DNA from: Azolla caroliniana
Taxonomy: Eukaryota; Plantae; Polypodiophyta
Length of the DNA stretch: 64,000 bases
Reading direction: 5' to 3'
NCBI GenBank assembly: GCA_043228905.1
Contig: JBHGNT010000005.1
Span: 10,292,001 to 10,356,000, forward strand
The notes under the pieces are model-generated. The model was not told the DNA's origin. It saw nothing but the letters and a program-made list of their open reading frames with translations, and did no database searches. Position numbers and translations under genes: made by a program. Below, piece after piece: positions 11,801-23,040 of this stretch (positions within the stretch are counted from its first letter, which is position 1; every line of letters starts with the position of its first letter).

Positions 11801-13612
11801 ATACTCCATCGGAGACCTATACTCCGGATATAACCAATTCCAACAAGCCGTGGAGAGCCGAGACATCACTACCATGCGGACACCGATAGGATTAGTCCGG
11901 ATGTGTACGCTACCACAAGGCGCGACGAACTCAGTCGCACATATGATGAATGCAATGAACAAGGTGCTCCGGGATTGCATACCGGAGATAACGATGTCGT
12001 TCTTAGATGACATTCCGATGAAAGGGTGTGTGGTGGAAGAAAAAGATGAAGCTATGGATGAACAGGGATGCTGAAGGTTTGTAGTCAATCACATCCGTGA
12101 TTGTGAGAAAGTGTTACGGAAGTTAGAAGATGTGCATCTAACACTTTCCGGAGAGAAATTGGCATTCGGACAAGAAGAAATATTGGTAGTCGGACATCTA
12201 TGTGGGCCCTACGGCCGAAGACCGTCACCAACCAAGATCGATGTGATTCAAGCTATGAAAGAAGTATGTGTGTCACAATCCAAAGTTTGAAGGTTTCTTG
12301 GGCAACCTTTGTGAAAATCAAACAAAAATATTGGTGGAAGAACATGTACAAAGATATAGCGGAGTTCACATAAAGCTACGAGAAGTGTCAAATCTACTCC
12401 GGAGTTCGACACCGAGATGAATTACATCCGACATTCTCACCGACAATCAACTTCAAATGGATGGTCGACATTGTAGCCATGCCAACCGGGATCGGACAAA
12501 AGAAGTACTTGGTGTTAGCTCAGGAAGATCTCACAAATCAAGTAGAAGGTCAGGCGCTACGAAGAATAACGTGTTCTGCGGTATGTCAATTTCTTTTGGA
12601 AGAAGTGTTTTGCAGGTACGGATGAGTAGGACAAGTGATTGCGGATCAGGGAGAACTTGACTCTGATAAAGCTAGGGGATTCTTCGCCAAACATGGAGTT
12701 CGGTTAACACTAACAACGGCATACAATCCGGAAGCCAACGGGAAGGTCGAGCGAGGACATAGTCCGATCGTCAACGCACTTGCCAAAGCATGCGACGGAA
12801 GGGTGATGGATTGGCCGCAGATGCTCCCGTACGCACTATGGGCGGATCGGACAACGCATAGCTCCGTAACCGGTTATATGCTGGCAGAACTTATGACCGG
12901 ACAAGCACCGGTAATGCCGATGGAAACCGCAATTGCGACATGGACAATGCTACCGTGGAAGGAAGAGATGAGCCGAGAAGAACTACTAGCGGTCCGGATA
13001 CGACAACTGGAGGGAAGACTGGAAGATATAGTGGAAGCGCGACTCCGGAACAAAAGCCGCTTCGACACCGAGGGAACGAAAAAATGTTCGCAATCGGCAA
13101 ACCGATGTTAGTATTTCAGACCCGGATGGGCAAGATGCCGGGTAAACTACGGTTTAGATGGACCGGACCGTATTGGCTAACACAGGAGTATAATGGGTCC
13201 TACCAGTTAGGGACACTTGCCGGCGAAGTGCAAGGTAAATGGGTCAACGGATTCCGATTGAAGCCATGTAGAGGACCGAAACAATCATGCAAAAGCGAGG
13301 AATGAATGGATGAAAGAGCGAGGAGCGAAAAGGTACGTAGTGGGCATTTAAAGCGCCACCACAGGACATAATGCTATTTTAGTACACGACATGCACACAC
13401 TCGAAAAAGGCGCCAGAATGCAAAGACAAAAACCACTGCGCGTAGAGACCCTTTACTTTCGTGAACCCAGGAGCACATAAGCACCAAGACGCTGCAGGAT
13501 CATCAGACGAGAACCTGCGCACAGAGAACCCCCGCCTTCTGAACTCTCTCTCTCTCAACCTCACTCTCATCACCATCCAACCTCGCCACCGCAGTCCGAC
13601 CTCGACGCAGAC

Positions 13613-16370
13613 ATGGACCCGCAAACGTTGTCGAAAGCCACCAAGACATGGCTAAAGCAACACGGGCTCGAGGGCTTCTTGATGATGATGGAAGTACCGC
13701 CACACAAAGAAGCCAACAAAGTGATCAAAGAAATCAACATAGAGGTCATAACGGCAGAGGTGATTCGAGCGTTAACAGGCCTTCCGGAGGGAGGCATACT
13801 CACGATTGACAATCCAACCCCGGAGCAACTCATCAGGTATTTTGGTGAGTACTCTCTAGCCAGCAAGGGCTACCGGACACAGGGTGGCGGAGATATGTTG
13901 TTCCGCGAGATTGCTCGTGTGCTCCACGAATACGGCCACGTGTACCCTAGAGCCCCTGTCATGCCGCAGAACCGGGCAGGGATGATCATCGCCACCTATG
14001 AAGGGATCAAGGTGGATTGGCCGGTATTGATCGCAGACAGGTTGTGTGTGGCGATCGAGATCGTCAGAGGCAAGGACGGCAAAGAAGGCCGAGACGGACG
14101 GAGGATATGGCACGCCGTAACACAGTGGCTCACCTTGCTTGTGCCACCCATCCAGCCCGTCCAGCCCAAGAAGCGAGGAAGAATGGCGGATGGCACCCCA
14201 AAGACGGCTTCCAAAAGACAACAGTTGTTGGCCTCTAAGGCCACTAAGGGAAAGGCGGAGGATGCAGAACAGGCGAGAAAGGAGAGCGGCAGCCGGAAGC
14301 GGCCAACGGATGCGCAGGAGGAACTACCGGCACGGCCCGTAAAGGTTACACTCCGCCGACTGGTTAATAGAGAAGCGGACCCCTTGGCGGCAAAAGTCAA
14401 TGCCGGGACTCAGGAAGAGGAAATAGAGGAGGAGCCTAGGGAGCACCTCCAGCGACGGTCGTCGACAAGGACCGTTGAGGCAGCCGGGAAACGTTCGGAC
14501 CCTCTGACGGAGGGAACACCGGCTCCCCATACTGAGACTCCCACGCCAAGGAAGGAACCGGAACCGGTGCGCATGGCACCGGAATCAGAAGCCCCGGCAC
14601 CACCGACAACACCGGCAAGTCCCATCCCGCCAGAGCCGGAAAGGTCAATGCAGCCTCCCTCGGCCAACCAAGAAGAAGCGCAAGGGGAACCAGAACAGCA
14701 GGGTGGTCCACGGGCAGAAACGGAACTGCAACTCGGCGCAACCATGCGGGACCACCCATCTACAAGTGAGCCCATCTGTCAAACCTCCGTGCAAGCACAA
14801 CAAGGCACCGGTAGCCTGTGCCTCCGGTGGATAGGCGAACAGATAGCCAGAGCAGTGGGGTACATTGAGGCGGCAGAAAGAGCGCAAAGCAAACGGTTGC
14901 TCGTCACAACCGAACAACTAGAGACGGCCCGGTCCAGAATCCGGTGCCTTGACAAAGATGGCCAAAATGGCCTTAACGGCAACACAGATCCAATCACCGG
15001 TGACTCCGGTAAGTGTACAGAATAAAGAAATGGATCGACCTGTACATACCAATAAGACCCCGGCAATGGAAACCATTCCGGCGAGAGATGCGGCGCAAGC
15101 CCAGGAGCTTGCGGAATTGAGAGATGAACTTGCCGCACAAGAAGCGCTAAGGAGCCGTGAACGGGACTTGAAGACAGCGGCAGAAGCCGAATTAAAGAAG
15201 ACTGCTAAGAACCTCCGCCGGGCAGAGGAGAGCCTCCGGAAAGGCCATCAAGCATACGACCGGCTAAAGGAGGAAAAAGACAAAGTGCTGCAGGAAAAGG
15301 ACAAGCTATGGAAAACGGCGGAAACAGAAATTGAACGGCTAAAGGAAGAGCTCCGACAGCAGAAGGACCGCGAGGACCGGGCCCGTCAACGGATCAACGC
15401 ACGGCTCAAGCAAAAGACAGATGATTTTGAGCACCTGCATAGGGACTACAAACGGCTGGAAACGGAGCATAAGGAACGGATGGTCAAGCTCCAGCAAGAA
15501 GTTGATCGGGCCGCGATGGCGATCGCCGACGAACGTGCGGAAAATACAAGACGCTTGGACAGGGCGGAGAAGGTCTGGATGGAGCTCTAGAGGCAGCAGC
15601 AGGAACATAAAGAGAGAGCGTCAACAGTATTGCAGAAATTACAAAGCACATATCAAAAGCAATTGACGCATTACAAGGCGCAGGCGGAAGACAACGTAAA
15701 AATCATCAAGCAACTGAAGGAGGAACGGCAAGCGGCGGAAACCAAATCGCAATTGGGAGCGGGCCGGATTCAGTCCATCCTCCGGGCATGGCTGAATCAG
15801 ACAAAACACTTGATTGATGAAAGCTCCGTAAAATGGTGGACAAAGTGGGCACAAAACGCGGTGGAACTCCAGTTGCTACGGGCAGACGTGGCAAACCGGC
15901 GGAAGGAAGGAGATGATTGTTATACGTTGACTTCCGAGGACTTCACCGCCATACGGGACGAGCTGGCCGACGACTTCCAAGTCCTGGCGGATGAACAGCT
16001 GGCGTAGGTCAGGCAGCTCATAGCTCAGCTAGACGATGATAGGCTGGACGCTCAAATCCAGTTTGAAAGCTACGAGCGGTCCCGGGTTCGGGAAGAAAAA
16101 GCACGGGAAGCAGCAACGGTTAACCTTAGTGATGACGAACCATCGCCGGCTGAGGGCCAGCCCGGAACCAGTCAACTGGAGACCACTACGACGAAGGGAG
16201 CAACGACGGAGATGCCGGTGTAAGAGCAACAAACAGAGGAGCAGCAACAGCAGCCATCAACGGACCCGTCGCAGCAGACGTCAAAAGAGCAACAACAACA
16301 ATAACAACAACCAATTCCAGATGAACCATTGGAGACTCTCAAACAAAGCATTCTAGATATTTTGGACGAA
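13613..16370 (+). pseudogene. Extra sense ORF between integrase and 3' LTR: globular N-terminus, Pro/Glu linker, long coiled coil; broken by frameshift and stops
   Basis: ORF pieces 13613..15025, 14949..15590 and 15630..16007, then further E/Q-rich sequence. The E/K/R/L-rich pieces look coiled-coil. Confidence 0.7.
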
Positions 16371-16411
16371 GAATAGCAAGGGTCGGTTGTGGATTCAACG
16401 TACAAGGTACT

Positions 16412-16428
16412 GTCCCACGGGCGTGCCA
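16412..16428 (+). other. Sense copy of a tRNA-Arg(UCU) 3' end (GTCCCACGGGCGTGCCA) at the position where the PPT should be
   Basis: Ends in CCA 2 nt before the LTR start. Matches the recalled tRNA end GTCCCACTGGGCGTGCCA with one 1-nt gap. No purine tract is adjacent to the LTR. Confidence 0.72.
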
Positions 16429-16430
16429 TG

Positions 16431-16865
16431 TGTTACCGGCCGGCAAAGGAGTCCAGAGTGGGAAACGGAGAGTTATTTAAGTAGTAGGAATGTGGTTGTA
16501 ATTAAGATAGGAGTGTGGACGGACGGACCGGAATCGGTATGCCGTTCCGGATTCGGACTGATCCCGAACCGGTGCGGATGGCACCATTTTGTAATACAGA
16601 CCGGAAACCTATTTAAAGGCCCGGATACAATGTAATGAATAGCGGTTAATTAATAAAAGCTTAGCGTTGTTATCTCTCTGTGTTAATTGCCGTTCTGTCT
16701 TAATTGTTATATCTTACGCGTGTGATTATGAAAGACGATCATGCTAAGTAACTTAATTAAGTCGGATTAAGCGTTGAGTCTAATCCGGTTGCCGTAACAC
16801 CCTTTGGTGAAGTGTCTTCCGTAGACACCCTGTGTTAGGCCATTGTCCGGCCATAAGAGTTAACA
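16431..16865 (+). repeat. 3' LTR of gypsy A family
   Basis: TGTTACCGGCCGGCAA...GAGTTAACA. Shares blocks with the reverse complement of 4981-5399 (e.g. GACCGGAAACCTATTTAAAGGCCCGGA, CACCCTTTGGTGAAGTGTCT). Confidence 0.9.
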
Positions 16866-18029
16866 TGAGTATTATTATTGAATATAGTTTTTTGTGTCTT
16901 CTCTCTCACTCTCTCTGTCTCTCCTGCGTATACCGTGTAAGCTTAAGCTCTCCATTGAACCTGAGTTTCCTCTCTTCTGTTCGGTCTTCATACTTGCTTC
17001 CGCACGCTACTTTCCACATGGTATCAGAGCGCGAGGGTTGAGAACCTCTCTGCAGCCGACACAGCTTGACGAAGAAGAACGAGAAGAATGATGGATAGAG
17101 GCATGGCGAGCTCGCTTCCAACAGAGAAGCTCGACAGAACCAACTACGCGTCTTGGTCCTACAAGATGCACCAGTACCTGCTCGGGCATGGCTACTGGAG
17201 TTATGTCGAAGGAGCTAATGACGCGGCACCCGAATCGACACACAGAGACTTCCCGTCGTGGGAGCAATCGGCGAGCAGGGTATTGTACTGCTTCGCGTCG
17301 TGTGTGGGCGAACAGCTATTGAGCTATGTTCGGGATGCAAAGACGCCGAAGGGTGCATGGGAAAATCTGAAGAAGATTTTCACCGCGAGCACCACAGCCA
17401 GGAAGCTTCAGCTCCGACAGGAGTTGAGAAACCTACGACAACGCGACTTGTCGATGGCGAACTATACCTCGAAGATCAAGGATATCTACGACTCCCTCGC
17501 CTCCATAGAGGTGAACATCGAGGAGAGCGAGATGGTCCAGATCTGTCTCGGAGGTTTGGCGTCGAAGTTCGGAGCGTTCCGAACGGCTGTGTGTACCTGG
17601 GAGAATACGCCGTCCTTCTTTGACTTACAGTCAATGCTCCTGGTAGAGGAGAACCACGCGGGTGCATCTACAAGCACGCACACTGACAGCAGAATGTTGT
17701 ACACGGAGGGAGATAGGCCCCGTGGCTGTGGAGGACGAGGCGAGTCGGCACGCAATGGAGGCGGCCAACGAGATCAAGGAAGAAGGCACCAAACTTATGC
17801 CGACAGCAACTCCGAACCCTTCGGAAACAGGGGGAGTCGAAGCGATGAGAACCGGCAAGGGAAGTCCATTGCGGAGTGCTGGTACTGTGGCAAGAAAGGC
17901 CACAGGGAAAGTGAGTGCTGGAAGAAGCGCGCCGATTCGGAGAGAACTGGTTCCGGGAACGGCTCCAGACATACCGACAAGGGAAATCGGCAGCGATCGC
18001 ACTCCGCCGAAGACTCCGGGAGAACCGGA
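16866..18029 (+). mobile_element. Ty1/copia family C, copy 1: 3' part of 5' LTR (to 17018), iMet PBS (17019-17030), gag; truncated
   Basis: TGGTATCAGAGC after ...TTTCCACA. Gag EKLDRTNYASW...CWYCGKKGHRESEC is highly similar to 27544-28460. Homology stops at ~18029. Confidence 0.9.
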
Positions 18030-18683
18030 CACGGCGACGATGTGGGAGAGGGTGCAGAGCGAGCGACCCTCTCGACTTGCGGAAAGAGGACGGCCATGGA
18101 TGAGGCCGATATCTACAGAGCAATGGACGCCACTTCGAGAGTGGGCGAAAGTTTCGGGACGCGGTTGCCCGAAACGTTCTACGAAGATTTCGCGAGCATA
18201 CTCGAGGCTTGCGAAATCGAGGAAGATGCAAGGAATAGACGCTTCTATTCACCTTCTTCTTCGGCTACAACCGAGTAATCGCGGATCAATGGAGCAGAAA
18301 ATAGGAACCACAGGGAGAAAGAAACAAAACACGAGCACACAGGGATTTAACGTGGAAAACCCTAGATGGGAAAAACCACGGGAGTACGAGACTCCAAACC
18401 AACGCTATACAAAAGAAGTATACAATGGCGAGCTGCAAGGCGACGACCTTGAGCTCGCTGTCCTCGCCACAGGCGGCGGAAATACACAGAGGCAACGACC
18501 TCTTCGTCTCTCTCTCTCTCTCTCTCTCTCGCTAAATGAGCAACCACAATAAACTGTTTGCCCTAAGTCATATTTATACCCATATGACTTTCGGGCTATT
18601 TACAAATATAGCCTCAAGGGCTCTTGGCAAACATATTCACAAATATGTCCCCGCATCCGGATCTCTCTCCGGGTACTCTTCAT

Positions 18684-18885
18684 CCGGCTTCATGCCGGGT
18701 ACTCTCCATCATCCGGATCCGCATCCGGGTACTCTTCATCCGGCTTCATGCCGGGTACTCTTCATCATCCGGATCCGCATCCGGGTACTCTTCATCCGGC
18801 TTCATGCCGGGTACTCTTCATCATCCGGATCCGCATCCGGGTACTCTTCATCCGGCTTCATGCCGGGTACTCTTCATCATCCGGT
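18684..18885. repeat. 56-bp tandem repeat (~3.6 copies) inside the Tork-like LTR; also at 23485-23686
   Basis: Unit CCGGCTTCATGCCGGGTACTCTTCATCATCCGGATCCGCATCCGGGTACTCTTCAT. Confidence 0.9.
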
Positions 18886-18966
18886 TCCGTAACCGCAACC
18901 GGGCTTGCCGTCATTCATCTCCGGACATCCCATCCGGAGGGACCGAAATCCCAACAAACTCCCCCT

Positions 18967-21900
18967 TCACTTCGGCATGGGATGTCTTTCCAGTCCGACC
19001 CTCTTCCGGCATGCTTCCAGCTTGTCGGGTGTGAGCACTTTGGTCAGCATATCTGAGCCGTTCTCGTCCGTGTGGATCTTCGTCAGCACGAACTCCTGGT
19101 CTTCTATCCTTTCCCGGATCCAGTGATATCTTCGCTGGATGTGCTTAGTCCGGGAGTGATAGGCCGCGTTCTTCGCAAGGTGGATGGCACTCTGACTGTC
19201 ACAGTAGAGTCGGTACTCCTCCTGCCGGATACCGAGCTCTCTAATGAAGTCCTTCATCCATATCATTTCCTTGCCGGCTTCAACAGCCGCCATGTACTCC
19301 GCCTCCGTGGTTGACAACGCAACCGTCTTCTGCAGCCTCGACTGCCACGAAACAGCTCCCCCTGCATACGTCATCACATACCCTGATGTGGACCGGCTGG
19401 TATCTGCATCAGCCGACATATCAGAATCAGTAAAGCCGTCGAGTTCGGGCTTACCGGAGCCGAATCGGAGGCACACGTTTGCCGTGCCCTTCAGGTATCG
19501 GAGTATCCACTTGGCCGCGTTCCAATGCTCTCTGCCGGGATTGCTCATGTACCGGCTCACCGCTCCGACTGCATATCCTATGTCCGGTCTCGTACACACC
19601 ATGGCGTACATCAAGCTCCCGACGGCTGAGGCATACGGCACTTCCATCATATCCTCCTTTTCAGCCTTTGTCTTGGGACTTTGCTTGCTGGTCAGCTTGC
19701 AGTTTGCCGGGAGGGTTGATCCGACCGGTCTTGCTTCCGACATGTTGAACCGGTGAAGCACCTTTGTCACGTACTTCTCCTGTGACAGCCACAACTGCTT
19801 CTTCTTCCGGTCCCGGATGATGTGCATCCCTAGTATTTGCCTCGCCGGACCCAGGTCCTTCATTGAGAAGGTTCGGTGAAGCGCTTTCTTCAGCGCCCGT
19901 ATCTTGACCTGGTCCCGTCCGACGATCAACATGTCGTCCACGTACAGGAGGAGTATTAGAGAGTCTCCTCCTTCGAACTTCTTCACAAACACGCAGTGAT
20001 CAGACTGCGTTTTGTGGTACCCTTCGTCGGTCATGAAGGAGTCGAACTTCCGGTACCATTGTCGGGGAGCCTGCTTTAGTCCGTAAAGGCTCTTCTTCAA
20101 CCGGCATACCAGGTGCTCCTTCCCTTTCTTCTCGAATCCTTCCGGTTGCTGCATGTAGATCTCTTCTTCGAGGTCACCGTGAAGGAATGCCGTCTTCACG
20201 TCCATCTGTTCTACCTCGAGGTCCATGCTTGCCGCTATGCTCAGCACCGTCCGGATGGAGGTCATCTTCACTACCGGGGCAAATATCTCGTCGAAGTCGA
20301 CGCCTTTCTTCTGCTGAAACCCCTTCACCACGATCCTGGCTTTGTATCTCGGGGGATTTCTGGCATCTCCCGGTTTCAGCTTGAACACCCACTTGTTTCG
20401 AAGTGCCCGCTTTCCTTTCGGCAACTCCACAAGTTCATATGTGTGGTTCTCATGCAGGGAATCCATCTCGTCCTGCATGGCACTCAACCACCTGCGGCTC
20501 TGGGTGTCATGCATTGCTTCTTCAAAGCTCTCCGGCTCCCCCTCGTCGGTTAGCAGCACGTGCTCTGGTTCCGGAAATCTCCGGGGGGCCCTTCTCTCTC
20601 TTAGAGGATATCTCCGTTCCGGAGCTTCGGTAGCCGGTTCTTCCGATTCTTCTTCATCCGAATCCATTTCGCGATCGGGGCCGGTTCCGGTATCATTTTC
20701 ATCTTCTTCGGCCGGTTCTGTTTCTTCATAGTCTTCGGCCGGATCTTCGAGTGTTAACCGGTCCCTTGCCGGTCGGGACTGCTCCTCGTAGAGTTGATCC
20801 TCACCGGTCGACTTGGAGCTCTTCATCTTCGTCTCCGACTCCCAGTCGGCGAGTGTCCTATCCTCCATGAAGATGATGTCTCGACTCCTGAATATCTTCT
20901 TGTCGACCGGGTCCCATACTCGGTAGCCGAACTCGTCGTCGCCGTAACCGAGGAATATGCATGGCCGGGTCTTTGGATCTAGCTTTCCTCTCCGGTCCTT
21001 TGCCACATGCACGTATGCGAGACACCCGAACACTTTCAGATGCCGGTAGGACACTTCCTTACCGGTCCACACTTTCTGCGGCGTGTCTCCGTCCAAAGGT
21101 ACTGAGGGTGATCTATTTATCACATACGTCGCCGTCGACATTGCCTCAGCCCAAAATCCCTTGGGTAGTTTCGCATGTGCCAGCATACTCCGGACCCTCT
21201 CCATTATGGTCCGGTTCATCCTCTCGGCCAGCCCGTTCAGTTCCGGCGTCTTCGGCACAGTAAACTCGAGCCGGATTCCCTTTGAGCGACAGTACTCCTG
21301 GAACTGCCCCCGGTATTCCCCTCCGTTATCCGCTCGTATCGCTTTCAGCTTCTTGCCGGATTCTCTTTCCACTCTCGCGTGGAGTTCTTTGAAGACGGAC
21401 AACACTTGGTCCTTTGTCTTCAACGGTGCCGTCCACAGCTTCCGGCTGTGATCATCAATAAATGTTACGAAGTACTGGGCTCCGCCATGTGACTTCGTTT
21501 CTACCTGACACACATCAGTGTGCACCAACTCCAATGGTGCGCTACGTCTCGTCGGTGGCCTTGAGTGGAAGGAGGTTCGGTTCTGCTTACCGGCCAGGCA
21601 ATCGGTGCACTTCTCCAGGTGCACATGCTTCACTGGAATAAGGTTGTCTTCTGCAAGCCTCTTCATCCCCTTCTCACTCATGTGGCACAGTCTTTTGTGC
21701 CACAGCTCACCGGCAGTGTCGGCTGCCACATTCAGCTCTTCCGGACATAGCCGGGAATTCATGAGGTACAGTGTGTTGATCTTCCGGGCTCGAGCGACTA
21801 TCAGGCTCCCTTTGCTGAACTTCATGACACCGTTCCGGATGCTACCCGTGTAGCCTTCATCATCTAGCCTCCCGGCCGAAATCAGGTTCAATCGAACCTC

Positions 21901-23040
21901 CGGAACGTGTCATACATCTTTCAGCAGCATCTTGCATCCGGTTGATGTCATCAGCCACACGTCTCCTATGCCGGCAATCCGGCATGTACCTTCATTTCCC
22001 ATCCGGACACAGCCGTGCTCACCGGCTGTGTAGGATGAGAAGTATTTCTTCTCCGGGGTCAGGTGGAACGACGCTCCGGAATCGACCACCCAGGTCATCT
22101 CTTCACCGGCAAGGTTCAGCTCCGTCTCTTCGATAATGAGCATTATCTCCTCTTCACTTGCCGCGAGTGCCGTCGTTCCTTTCCGGTCCTGCCCTCGCCG
22201 ATCCGGACCTCTCCGGTCCGTGGCTCCCCGGTATGCACCGTTTCTCTCCGGTGACTTCTTCGAATCGGTGTCGTCGGCTCCGTTGTCTTTTCGGTAATGC
22301 CGACAATTCTTCCGGAAGTGCCCCGGCTTCCCACAGTGGAAGCATGTTGGCCTTCCTCTTGACTGCGACCGGGTCCCCGACTTCTCCCGTCTTTGCGGAC
22401 TCCGGTTCCATTGTCTTCCCCGATCCGATTCGGTAAGGAGCGCTTTCGAGTCGGAGGCCGGTTCTTTATCTCTCCGACGCGCTTCTTCGTTCAAAATACT
22501 TGTCTTTACCGTTTGTAGAGACAAGTTATCTTCGGTGCAGGAGGTGCTGAGAGTCACCACCAAGTTCTCCCAGCTGTCCGGCAATGTACACATCAGGATG
22601 ATGGCTTGCATTGCATCCTCCAACGGGAACTTGATCGCCGCAAGCTGGTTCACGAATCCCATGAACGTGCTTACGTGTTCCACCATACTCTCGCCGTCCC
22701 GGTACTTGAGGTTCACTATCTTTCTCATCAGGGAGGTCCGGTTCAACGCATTCTTCCTCTCGTAGAGGCCCGACAGCTTCCGCCACATCTCATATGCGTT
22801 GGTGTCGTTCGCCACATGTTGTAGGACACTTACATCGACATATTGTCGGATCGTCGCTACGGCTTTCCGGTTCAGGAGCTTCCACTCCGACTCAAGTACC
22901 CCTTTCGGTATTTCCGACCTGTCAATCGGTTCGTACAGGTCCCGAACAATCAGAAGATCCTCCATCTTGATCTTCCAGTCGGCGTAATTCTGTGCATTCA
23001 GCACCATCATCATCGGCTGCCCGCTGCCGCCGCCTTCCAT
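18967..23040 (-). pseudogene. copia gag-pol polyprotein with a single in-frame TGA at 21910-21912
   Basis: The 379-aa ORF (gag, CFHCGKPGHFRKNC, WVVDSGAS) and 974-aa ORF (IN, RT YVDD, RH) are in the same frame and separated by one stop. Confidence 0.93.

Larger units (their letters stand above)
7884..13065 (+). mobile_element. tRNA-Trp-primed Ty3/gypsy element (Phygy-like), degenerate, 3' end missing
   Basis: LTR 7884-8791, PBS, gag 8809-9800 (CIWCHSTEHDRRDC), protease (LIDHGSEINLM), RT (DLYSGYNQF, LPQGATNS, FLDDI), RNase H deleted near 12300, IN (TTAYNPEANGKVER). The lineage name is an inference. Confidence 0.88.
13066..16865 (+). mobile_element. 3' portion of a second gypsy-A-family element: IN GPY/F tail, extra ORF, 3' LTR
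   Basis: KMPGKLRFRWTGPYW motif at ~13130-13175. Ends in an LTR homologous to 4981-5399 that is inserted in a copia LTR. The left boundary is approximate. Confidence 0.8.

Noticed and set aside
18684-18885. Regular repeats that resemble a CRISPR array
   Set aside because: There are no unique spacers. It is a 56-bp tandem repeat inside a plant LTR.
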